DNA of 28,490 bases, taken from positions 1-28,490 of IMG/VR virus record IMGVR_UViG_3300023055_000178; one strand, written 5' to 3'. The notes beneath the pieces are model-generated. The model ran no database searches and had not been told where the DNA came from. It was given only the letters and a program-made list of their open reading frames with translations. Of this stretch, positions 1-7,357 are shown piece by piece (position 1 is the first letter of the stretch; each line of letters starts with the position of its first letter). The stretch is from a virus (Duplodnaviria; Caudoviricetes). Made by a program: the position numbers and the translations under genes.

Positions 1-151
1 GCGGCATCAGATCGCTGTCCATGCAGCCATTACGTGCAATACCAAGGCTTTGCATGCCATCGCAAAGCTGGGCGGGGCTGAGTTTGCGAAAGCGCTCGAG
101 GATGTCCTGCGGGATGGGTTCAGGCAGAGCAAAATACTGTTCAGTGTTCAT
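1..151 (-). CDS. RraA / HMG-aldolase family protein (5' part; runs off window)
   Basis: Hand translation from ATG at 151: MNTEQYFALPEPIPQDILERFRKLSPAQLCDGMQSLGIARNGCMDSDLMP, resembling the RraA-like N-terminus. GAGGA RBS upstream; lies directly downstream of the oxidoreductase. Confidence 0.65.
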   Translation of the reverse strand, partial: MNTEQYFALPEPIPQDILERFRKLSPAQLCDGMQSLGIARNGCMDSDLMP

Positions 152-163
152 GATCGACAATCC

Positions 164-1045
164 TCAAGAGTGGCGGGCGAGATGGGCAATGGCGTCGCGA
201 TAATTCATGTCGCTGCCACTCGGCCCTAGCAGGCTGGCCCAGTCGCTCAGAGCAAGCTTCTGTAGTTGACCGCGGGTGGCCGTGGACATGGTGGAATCGA
301 CACCGGCCGCTTCGAGCGTCGCCACTACATCGTCGAGTTCAGCACCGCGGCGCTTCGCATGGATCAAGGTCCGAGCGGTGAAGGTATTGGCGAGTTGCTC
401 TACCGTTTTGCCGTTCAGTGAGTCAGCCAAGGATTCGACCAAGGTATCAAGCACGCCGAAACGCTCGGCCGCCAGGAAGGATTCCAGAAACAGTTGCGGC
501 AAGCCTTTCATCACCACGCTTTTGAGCATCTTGATGGCCGAAGCAGAGCCGGGCTCGGCGTCCAGCACAGTCAGCCGCATACCGTGCGGCGTGAAAGCCT
601 GCTCAAACGCCTGGGCGGCGCTCCCGGCCAGCAGCATCGGGACACGGTGGGCGTTACCCGGTACGGTACCCATCACCGCGACGTCGCAGAAGTCAACGCC
701 GGCAGCCCGCGGTAATCGATCGATAGCCTGTTTGACAGTGGGGGCTGCCGAGTTCATATCGATGTAGTGCTGCCCGCTCTGGAGCAGCGGCATGATCCGC
801 TCGGCCAGTGCAAGGGCGCTGCTGGCGCTGGTCAAACATGCGATGAAGCGCGCTTCTCGGCAGGCCTCTTCCAGGGTGTCATACAGCGTCACCTGCGCCT
901 GCTCGGCACGTTGTTGAATCAGCGGGCCAGCCTTTGGGTCGTCTCTATAGGCGTCATATGCGCCTATACGCATTCCCCCTTGCTGCCCCAGGCCGCTGGC
1001 CAGGTGGAACGCGGCTTCGCCGAAACCGATAAAGATCAGGTCCAT
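164..1045 (-). CDS. NAD(P)-dependent oxidoreductase, 3-hydroxyisobutyrate/6-phosphogluconate dehydrogenase-like (DUF1932-type C-terminus)
   Basis: Rossmann motif FIGFGEAA at N-terminus, plus YIDMNS, DVAVMG and ASAIKMLKS motifs. Start moved to ATG 1045 (AGAGG RBS, downstream of the sigma54 promoter). Confidence 0.85.
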   Translation of the reverse strand: MDLIFIGFGEAAFHLASGLGQQGGMRIGAYDAYRDDPKAGPLIQQRAEQAQVTLYDTLEEACREARFIACLTSASSALALAERIMPLLQSGQHYIDMNSAAPTVKQAIDRLPRAAGVDFCDVAVMGTVPGNAHRVPMLLAGSAAQAFEQAFTPHGMRLTVLDAEPGSASAIKMLKSVVMKGLPQLFLESFLAAERFGVLDTLVESLADSLNGKTVEQLANTFTARTLIHAKRRGAELDDVVATLEAAGVDSTMSTATRGQLQKLALSDWASLLGPSGSDMNYRDAIAHLARHS

Positions 1046-1085
1046 GAACACATTGCCTCTTATTGGATTTATTTTCTTGAGGTAG

Positions 1086-1101
1086 AGCAAGGCATGTGCC
1101 A
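1086..1101 (-). promoter_or_regulatory. sigma54 -24/-12 promoter for the oxidoreductase operon
   Basis: Minus strand TGGCAC-ATGCC-TTGCT matches the TGGCAC-N5-TTGC consensus; a divergent sigma54 activator is adjacent. Confidence 0.9.
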
Positions 1102-1260
1102 CGCGCGGCGACGTCGGCTTCACATAAAATAAAATCTTTTAAGATCAGTTAATTAGCGCATGCTCGATCACCTGACCTTTGCCAGGAGGCAACAGAGGGA
1201 TAACCTTCTCATTGCAGTTAATTTCATTTCCTGAACAACAATGAAATATAAGGAAACCGC

Positions 1261-3219
1261 ATGAAACACGAGGTCTACTTGGCTGAGCAGCGGATTCCTA
1301 CAAACGGAATCGCCGTCATCACGCCGTCCACCACCATGACCCGGGTAATGAACAGCATCCTGCGAGCGCGCCAGCTTTCGCTGCCCGTTGTGGAGGCGGC
1401 CCAGACCGATGCGATCAAGACTGCTCGGCAGCTGATTGAGGAAGGTGCTGAGGTGCTGATCAGTCGAGGCAAGACCGCAAGCATGCTTCGCGAACACTTT
1501 CGCGTGCCGGTCGTGGAGGTCAGGCATACCTTTTTCGATTGCATCAATGCTTATGAAAAGGCTTCACGTCTGTCATCGAAAATTGCTTTTTTGGCCACCT
1601 CAGAGGGCTACGCAAGAATCTTGGAAAAGTCCCGTCCATTCTTGCCCGATGCTTCAATCTGCTTTATCGACCCTCTGAGCAGCTTGCAAAACACCGACTC
1701 GGTACTCGACAACCTGCAGACGCAGGGTATCGAAGTAGCCATAGGTGGACTGTCACTCGAGGAACCGGTGAAATCGCGGGGCATGCACTATGTCATGTCC
1801 GATACCGACAGTGACGCAGCAGCAGAAGCGATCGACGAGGCCTTGCACCTTTTGCAGGTGCAGGAGGAAAGAAGACAGCAGCGACAGGAACTGCAACACC
1901 GATACGAGATGATCCAGTCGATTCTGGATTGCGTGTCTGAAGGCATCTTCAGCGTCGATGGTTCGGGCGTGGTAACCAGGATGAATAATGTCGCCCGGAC
2001 CTACTTGAGTGCAGTCAGCTGCGGAGACGCCGTTACCCAACTACCGCTAAGCAATTACTTCACTCAGGCGCTCCGCCATGGCAAACCAGTGCGTGGCGCG
2101 TTGATCGACATAGGCCGACTTTCGCTGACACTGAGCATTGCCCCCATCGTGCTTGAGGGAGAAATAATCGGCGCCGTCGCCACCCTGCAAAACCAGACGG
2201 ATATCAAAGCGATCGAGCAGAAGATGCGTCGCGCGTTGGCAGGCCGCCACCTGGCCGAAAGCAGCTTCGACGACATCATCGGCAACAGCGCCGCCTTGCT
2301 GAAAGCCAAGGCCCTGGCTGCGACCTTTGCAGGAGTGGACAGCACCCTGATGATTGAAGGTGAAACCGGCACCGGCAAAGAGTTGTTCGCGCAGAGTATC
2401 CACAATGCCTCACCACGCCGCAGCGGTCCCTTCGTGGCCATCAACTGTGCAGCCTTCGCGCCCAGCGTCCTGGAGAGCGAGTTATTCGGCTACGTGAAGG
2501 GCGCATTCACTGGAGCGGCGGCGGAGGGCCGGGCAGGAGTGTTCGAGCTCGCCCATACCGGCACTCTGTTTCTAGACGAAATCAGCGAAACCTCTACGGA
2601 CATCCAGTTAAAGCTACTTCGAACTCTGCAGGAGCGGAAAGTGATCCGTTTGGGGGACGACAAGGTCACGCCGGTGGATATCCGCATTATCACCGCGAGC
2701 AACAAACCGCTGCCGGCGTTGATTGCCCAAGGGCTGTTCCGTGAGGACTTCTACTACCGGATCTTCGTGTTGAGGCTCAGGTTGCCTCCTCTGCGCGAGC
2801 GTCGAGAGGACATCCCTGCCCTAGCCCGCCACATTCTCAAAGGTAGCGCCAGCGACGTACTGAAAAGCACGCCAAAGCTTATCGCCAGGCTTTGCGATCA
2901 CCACTGGCCAGGTAATGTACGACAGCTAGGCAACATCGTCGAACGCCTTAGCGTGATGAGTAAGTGCAGCATGTTGCTTCCGGACTGGCTGGACGAGGCG
3001 CTTGACGATCTTTCGCCGGCAGCCATCAATCCTGCTGGTGAAGGTGTGTCAAAGCTGCCGAACGAGCGAGACATTTTATTCGCCGCACTGACCAATGCTG
3101 GCGGCAACCGAAGAATCGCAGCCGAGCACCTGGGCATCAGCACCACCACGCTGTGGCGCAGGATGAAGAAATTCCTCGATCAGGATCCAGGCTGCTTCGA
3201 TGCAGCCCGATACTCCTGA
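1261..3219 (+). CDS. sigma54-dependent Fis-family transcriptional activator, PrpR-like (PrpR_N, PAS, AAA+, HTH)
   Basis: LISRGKTA (PrpR_N-like), Walker A GETGTGKE, ESELFG, GAFTGA loop, LFLDEI, WPGNVRQL and C-terminal HTH AAEHLGISTTTLWRR. Confidence 0.93.
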   Translation: MKHEVYLAEQRIPTNGIAVITPSTTMTRVMNSILRARQLSLPVVEAAQTDAIKTARQLIEEGAEVLISRGKTASMLREHFRVPVVEVRHTFFDCINAYEKASRLSSKIAFLATSEGYARILEKSRPFLPDASICFIDPLSSLQNTDSVLDNLQTQGIEVAIGGLSLEEPVKSRGMHYVMSDTDSDAAAEAIDEALHLLQVQEERRQQRQELQHRYEMIQSILDCVSEGIFSVDGSGVVTRMNNVARTYLSAVSCGDAVTQLPLSNYFTQALRHGKPVRGALIDIGRLSLTLSIAPIVLEGEIIGAVATLQNQTDIKAIEQKMRRALAGRHLAESSFDDIIGNSAALLKAKALAATFAGVDSTLMIEGETGTGKELFAQSIHNASPRRSGPFVAINCAAFAPSVLESELFGYVKGAFTGAAAEGRAGVFELAHTGTLFLDEISETSTDIQLKLLRTLQERKVIRLGDDKVTPVDIRIITASNKPLPALIAQGLFREDFYYRIFVLRLRLPPLRERREDIPALARHILKGSASDVLKSTPKLIARLCDHHWPGNVRQLGNIVERLSVMSKCSMLLPDWLDEALDDLSPAAINPAGEGVSKLPNERDILFAALTNAGGNRRIAAEHLGISTTTLWRRMKKFLDQDPGCFDAARYS

Positions 3220-3475
3220 TGCTTCCTGCATTGGGAGCGAATTCGGCGGATCAATCTAAATCACCCGCAGGACGTTAACTTTGAACACACTCCTGTAGCC
3301 ACTAACAAACGCAAGCCATTCGGCGTCCGTCCAGTTGGACCTACGCTTGACCTGCCGCAAGTCATGACGGCTTGCGGTCATTGCGGTGAAGCGTTTACCG
3401 CTGCGGCTGTGGAGCTGGCCAGCATGGAGCCAGCCCTCCTCCAGCAGTATCGCTGACCATCGGTCTTTGAAATGC

Positions 3476-3500
3476 AAAAAGCCCAGCGCGGTGCTGGGCT
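3476..3500 (-). terminator. Rho-independent terminator
   Basis: Minus strand AGCCCAGC-accgc-GCTGGGCT followed by a T run; downstream of ORF 3553-3783. Confidence 0.75.
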
Positions 3501-3552
3501 CTGTCGACTTAATCCAAAGGATCAGATGATCACTTAAGCCCCAATACGGAGA

Positions 3553-3783
3553 TTATTCCCAGGGATGCTTTTGATATATGTAACGTTTTACAGTGGGTGA
3601 ACCTGACAAATCCGGCGGTCCTTGCCTATTCACGCTCCGAAAGGGCGGATTCTGTACGTAACGGGCGCGATCCTCTGAACGATTTTTATCGGCTTGATCT
3701 TGTTGATCACCTTGATAGTTATCTTTATCAGCCGGCATGCTTACCAGCCTATCACTATCGATCCCATATCTATCTCTGGACAT
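3553..3783 (-). CDS. small hydrophilic hypothetical protein (76 aa)
   Basis: GAGAGG RBS 6 nt before ATG 3783 and terminator downstream; no recognisable family. Confidence 0.5.
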   Translation of the reverse strand: MSRDRYGIDSDRLVSMPADKDNYQGDQQDQADKNRSEDRARYVQNPPFRSVNRQGPPDLSGSPTVKRYIYQKHPWE

Positions 3784-4189
3784 ACGCACCTCTCAACGCT
3801 CAGAAATTCTGAGCTAAATCGAGTATGCGCCTATTCAAAATATGGAATTTTTCTATTAGACCGCCGGGCCAACTGAAAGCGGAAGGTATGACCTGTCGCA
3901 CATCCAGCGTGGATGAAAGGCCAGTATCGCGCCACTACAGCGCCGTCGTAGTGTTGCGCCTCGCAATGAACCGCCGCGGTTCGTTGCCGGAAAGCCCATG
4001 GACTGGGGCAATTCAGGAGATAAGGAATGCCTGCAAATCCCGGACAAAAAATTTGCCCCTACATCATCGTTCACCACCCTTTACGATGAGCTCAAGGCCA
4101 TTGGCTCTGGATACGCACTGGTCCTGGAACTGGTGACCGGGAAGAAGCTGAGCAGTGCCTGATCCACAAGCTTGAGAAGCTGCGCAGCG

Positions 4190-4447
4190 AGGCAACATTT
4201 GCGCCCAGCTTGCCCTGGTTTCGCTTCAATCAGGATTCACGACCTGAAGCATACCTTCGGCATACGCCTGAAGGCAGCTGGCGTGACAGAGGAAGATCGG
4301 AAGTCGCTGCTTGGCCACAAGAACGGGAGCGTGACCAGTCACTACTCCGGCGCTGAGCTGGGTCAGTTGATAGAGGCGGCAAACAAGGTTTCAGCAACGG
4401 ACTCGCGTGGGCCGGTGCTGACAATTCTGAAAAGGAGGCAGGCTTGA
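4190..4447 (+). pseudogene. C-terminal remnant of a phage tyrosine integrase
   Basis: IRIHDLKHTFG, LLGH and TSHY give the box II His and catalytic Tyr. The N-terminal and core-binding domains and box I Arg are missing. 5' boundary approximate. Confidence 0.85.
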
Positions 4448-4455
4448 AAATGGAG

Positions 4456-4477
4456 AAGTCACGCAAAAGTCACGCAA
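4456..4477 (+). repeat. tandem 11-bp direct repeat AAGTCACGCAA x2, probable integrase arm-type sites of the older element
   Basis: Exact repeat between the integrase stop and the tRNA 3' fragment. Confidence 0.55.
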
Positions 4478-4480
4478 ATG

Positions 4481-4509
4481 AAAAAGGCCATTCCTTGCGG
4501 AAATGGCCT
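4481..4509 (-). terminator. terminator-like hairpin downstream of the tRNA 3' end
   Basis: AGGCCATT...AATGGCCT inverted repeat with an adjacent A tract (T tract on the minus strand). Confidence 0.6.
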
Positions 4510-4525
4510 AAGTCATTGGGATTAT

Positions 4526-4572
4526 TGGTCGGGACGGAGTGATTCGAACACTCGACCCCTTGCACCCCATGC
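4526..4572 (-). tRNA. 3' half of tRNA-Pro(GGG), a displaced fragment serving as the prophage att site (not an intact tRNA)
   Basis: Minus strand GCATGGGGTGCAAGGGGTCGAGTGTTCGAATCACTCCGTCCCGACCA gives anticodon loop, T-arm GTTCGAA and CCA end. The D-arm and 5' acceptor strand are absent. Confidence 0.88.
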
Positions 4573-4733
4573 GTGCAAGGCACTACTAAAGCCTTACGGA
4601 ACAAGGCCTTGAGCGGGCGCTCGCTGCAAACGGTGCCGCACTCTGCAAGACCGAATTTCACAAACCCCCGAAAATCTCCCACGGGCTTCGGCCTGCGCCC
4701 GGCGTTCTGCCGACCTCCCCTTCCTTTATATGG

Positions 4734-5027
4734 CTACACCGTCCGACACCACCATGACTGCGCATACAGCACGCCGTCGACCTCCTCTACACCATTGATG
4801 TTGATGCCTAGCTGGGCCATGCCATTCACCTTCGCATCGTGCAGGCGCGGGATGACGTCGGCGCCGGGCGAATGGGTGAAGACCCAGGCCTGCGTGGACA
4901 CCCTGCCCAACGGCGCGCTGTGGTGATCGCCGATGTGGATGTCTGCCTTCAGGGCCTGGATCTTCCCCATCTGATCACTCGGGATCGCCATCCCCAGCTT
5001 GCGCCGCCGAACGATCAGGAAATACAT
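4734..5027 (-). CDS. hypothetical protein (97 aa, C-terminal QSWWC motif), last gene of the SOS cassette
   Basis: ATG 5027 lies 1 nt after the umuD-like stop, suggesting translational coupling; protein-like composition. Confidence 0.7.
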   Translation of the reverse strand: MYFLIVRRRKLGMAIPSDQMGKIQALKADIHIGDHHSAPLGRVSTQAWVFTHSPGADVIPRLHDAKVNGMAQLGININGVEEVDGVLYAQSWWCRTV

Positions 5028-5028
5028 G

Positions 5029-5388
5029 TCATCGGACCATGCTGCGCAGGCTGTAGGTAACCACGCCCCAGACAGAGAACTCGTCACCCTCCATGATGAA
5101 CCGCGGCGCGTACCGAGGATTCTCCGAGCGCAGCACGATCTGCCGGCCAATATAGTCGAGCCGCTTGCAGATTGGCTCGCCGTTCACCGCCGCGATGACG
5201 ATGTGGCCGGCCCGCGCATCGATCGCCTTGTCGACGATCACAACGTCCTCGTCGAAGATCCCGGCACCCTGCATGCTGTCGCCGTCGATCTTGACCAGGT
5301 ACACATTGGGCGCATGCACCTGCAGCAGTTCGTCGAGGGATATAGCCTGCAGGTCTTCGGCTCCCGCGAAAGCACTCACGGACTGCAT
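5029..5388 (-). CDS. umuD: UmuD/RulA-like S24 peptidase, N-terminally short
   Basis: [16 protein letters not shown] (catalytic Ser), CKRL (catalytic Lys), LRSENPRY and VWGVV. Confidence 0.85.
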   Translation of the reverse strand: MQSVSAFAGAEDLQAISLDELLQVHAPNVYLVKIDGDSMQGAGIFDEDVVIVDKAIDARAGHIVIAAVNGEPICKRLDYIGRQIVLRSENPRYAPRFIMEGDEFSVWGVVTYSLRSMVR

Positions 5389-5591
5389 GGCTGGCCAGCC
5401 TCAAGGCCATAGAGACGAGCCGCCTCTGCCAGCTCGAGCATGTCGGCGAGCTGGTCGGCGTCCACCTCCTTTCTGCGGTGAGCGGCCAGGGCCATGACCT
5501 CCAGCACAGCCGCTCTTCCCTCCGGGTCGTCGGTCAATGCAGCGACATCATCGAGCTCAGCGACCCAAAGCGCAGGTAAGTGTTGTGACAT
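5376..5591 (-). CDS. hypothetical helical protein (71 aa), first gene of the LexA-regulated cassette
   Basis: ATG 5591 sits just downstream of the SOS box; overlaps the umuD-like start by 13 nt. Confidence 0.65.
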   Translation of the reverse strand: MSQHLPALWVAELDDVAALTDDPEGRAAVLEVMALAAHRRKEVDADQLADMLELAEAARLYGLEAGQPCSP

Positions 5592-5605
5592 GGCGGCACC
5601 CGATA

Positions 5606-5621
5606 CTGTATATAAAAACAG
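5606..5621. promoter_or_regulatory. LexA (SOS) box
   Basis: CTGT-ATATAAAA-ACAG, a perfect CTGT-N8-ACAG, inside the extended palindrome CGATACTGT...ACAGTATCG (5601-5626). Confidence 0.92.
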
Positions 5622-5622
5622 T

Positions 5623-5651
5623 ATCGTAAGGCCGGGAGCCGCCGCCGGCAA
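5623..5651 (-). promoter_or_regulatory. sigma70 promoter of the SOS cassette
   Basis: Minus strand TTGCCG-N17-TACGAT abutting the LexA box. Confidence 0.7.
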
Positions 5652-5672
5652 TCACCGCCTGGCGGGCAAGGA

Positions 5673-5882
5673 TCAGTGCGCGGGCGCGCCTCTGCCGCTC
5701 AGTGCCTTGAGCTGGTAATCGGTGACCGCTTGGGCGTGTGCCTCGTAAATCTGGCGCAGCCGCTCAACCTCGAGGGCTGCAGCGCCCATGTCCTTCGCTT
5801 CGTGATAGCGTTTTAGCGCAGCCATGACCTGCAGGTACATCTCATGGTCTGGCATCAGCACGCAGCTTGGTTCCTTGCTCAC
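5673..5882 (-). CDS. hypothetical protein (69 aa)
   Basis: GTG start with GAGG upstream and amphipathic helical sequence; start uncertain. Confidence 0.55.
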   Translation of the reverse strand: MSKEPSCVLMPDHEMYLQVMAALKRYHEAKDMGAAALEVERLRQIYEAHAQAVTDYQLKALSGRGAPAH

Positions 5883-6026
5883 CGGTCATCCCTCAGCTAG
5901 GCGGCCGAGATAAGCCCGTCTATGCCCCAGCCTAACGACAAGCGCCGATGGTGACTATCAGCTTTTTCCCGAAGCCTGTGTGTTGCAGCCAGCATGCAAG
6001 CAACGCGCTCGTCCGTCCGGATTCAT

Positions 6027-6055
6027 TTGATAGCCATTGGCTGCTAGCGCATAAT
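6027..6055 (+). promoter_or_regulatory. sigma70 promoter of the Ntn-hydrolase moron
   Basis: TTGATA-N17-CATAAT; AAGGAG RBS at 6072-6077 before GTG 6084. Confidence 0.75.
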
Positions 6056-6083
6056 TCGCCGCCATTTTGCCAAGGAGAGCCGC

Positions 6084-7106
6084 GTGACCATCAATATTGC
6101 TATCGCAACGTACGATGCCATCGTGCTGGGGTGTGACAGTCTGTCCAGCCAGGTCGAGCAGGCAATCATGCCTTTTCGCCATGGGGTTGGTTTTGCACGA
6201 GATGCCGATGGCAATGAGCTGATAGACGCGACTGGTCAGCGTGTAGTGTCCATGGCGCATCTGCAACCGTACGTTACGAACGTTTTCGGCGGTGCTCAAA
6301 AAATGTTCTGCCTGTATGAGGACGATGACACCTCTGTTGCCGCGGTAACCGCGGGGATGGCTACGCTTGGTGGCGTAACAATTGCTGGTGTCGCGGCCCG
6401 ATTCAAAAAGCGGAACGTCGCGGAAGGAAAGCAATTTAGAACAGTCAAGGATGTGGCAGAAGCTTTTCTAGCTCACGTTCGACTCGAATGGGAGATCCAG
6501 GTTGAATACGAGACTGCAGAAGAAGAAAAGCGGCCGTACTTTCCTGATGTTCAGTTCATCGTCGGGGGTTATGGCGCGGATGATGCATCAGGGGTGGTAT
6601 TCAAGCTATCAGTCAATTCTTTGACCATGGAAGAACAGTTTGCCTGGCGCTCCCGCTCTGGTACGTGTTTCGCCGGGCAGTCCGATTTTGTTGAACGACT
6701 GCTTGTCGGCGTTGATCAAAGAATCATAAATGACGTTGAAGCTGCCATTCGTCAGATGCTGGCAGCCCACAGTGAAGCAACGGCCCAGGCATTGTTGGAT
6801 CGTTTGAAGGACGCCGGTGTGATTTTGCCGGAAGGATTCACGTTTGATACGCCGGATTTTCCAGCTCAGCTACCATGGTTTGAAAACGTGGCGAGTATTG
6901 ACTTTGGAAATCTACCTACCCAGTATGCAGTTGACTTGGCCGAGCTTTTGGTCAATCTACAGTCAGGGGTGCAGAGGTTTGCGACTGGCGTAGCAACCGT
7001 AGGTGGAAGGACACACATCGGTGTGCTCAAGCGCGGTGAAAAATTTGCCATGCTCAATGAGCCAAAATTAGTACATAACCATACAGGTTACTCTCATGAC
7101 TTATAG
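6084..7106 (+). CDS. proteasome beta-subunit-like Ntn hydrolase (putative Thr protease), moron gene
   Basis: (M)TINIAIATYDAIVLGCDS places Thr1 and Asp17 as in proteasome beta/HslV/Anbu. AQKMF, VTAG, FIVGGY and C-terminal TVGGRTHIGVL parallel later beta-subunit motifs. Confidence 0.75.
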   Translation: MTINIAIATYDAIVLGCDSLSSQVEQAIMPFRHGVGFARDADGNELIDATGQRVVSMAHLQPYVTNVFGGAQKMFCLYEDDDTSVAAVTAGMATLGGVTIAGVAARFKKRNVAEGKQFRTVKDVAEAFLAHVRLEWEIQVEYETAEEEKRPYFPDVQFIVGGYGADDASGVVFKLSVNSLTMEEQFAWRSRSGTCFAGQSDFVERLLVGVDQRIINDVEAAIRQMLAAHSEATAQALLDRLKDAGVILPEGFTFDTPDFPAQLPWFENVASIDFGNLPTQYAVDLAELLVNLQSGVQRFATGVATVGGRTHIGVLKRGEKFAMLNEPKLVHNHTGYSHDL

Positions 7107-7296
7107 CTATCGCGATTTCTCAGGGCAGATCGGTTCCACGTCGTACGCGGACAATGATCAGGTGCAACGCACCTTTGCCTGTTCAGACAGAAGTGGATCC
7201 ATCCCTTCCGCACAGGATCGCAAGCCAGCTCAACCGGCCACCTCCATGAAAGGTGTGTCAGCGACCTATCGAAATGGTCTAGTCCAGGTGCATTGA
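7096..7296 (+). CDS. small Ser/Thr/Gln-rich hypothetical protein (66 aa), partner of the Ntn hydrolase
   Basis: Overlaps the upstream stop by 11 nt and fills the space up to the terminator. Confidence 0.55.
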   Translation: MTYSYRDFSGQIGSTSYADNDQVQRTFACSDRSGSIPSAQDRKPAQPATSMKGVSATYRNGLVQVH

Positions 7297-7306
7297 GCAC
7301 TCAAAC

Positions 7307-7329
7307 AGCCCGCGATAGCGGGCTTTTTT
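7307..7329 (+). terminator. Rho-independent terminator of the moron
   Basis: AGCCCGC-GATA-GCGGGCT followed by a T run. Confidence 0.85.
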
Positions 7330-7357
7330 GTGGCCAACTGTTAGAGACGTCGCGAGT

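Noticed and set aside
1046-1123. Longer N-terminus of the oxidoreductase given in the ORF track
   Set aside because: It spans the sigma54 promoter; ATG 1045 has an RBS and begins at the Rossmann strand.
3256-3477. 73-aa minus-strand ORF
   Set aside because: The TTG start lies inside the terminator T tract, with no RBS and no family recognised; possibly degenerate phage DNA.
3825-4162. ORFs in the AT-richer spacer, including a frame ending ...LYDELKAIGSGYALVLELVTGKKLSSA
   Set aside because: Interrupted by a stop and unassignable; may be a pseudogene fragment but is unsupported.
4526-4600. Intact tRNA-Pro gene
   Set aside because: Similarity stops at the anticodon arm; no D-arm or 5' acceptor strand.
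3553-7296. Resemblance between the 76-aa orphan (ADKDNYQ) and the 66-aa Ntn partner (ADNDQVQ)
   Set aside because: Only a short low-complexity match; likely chance.
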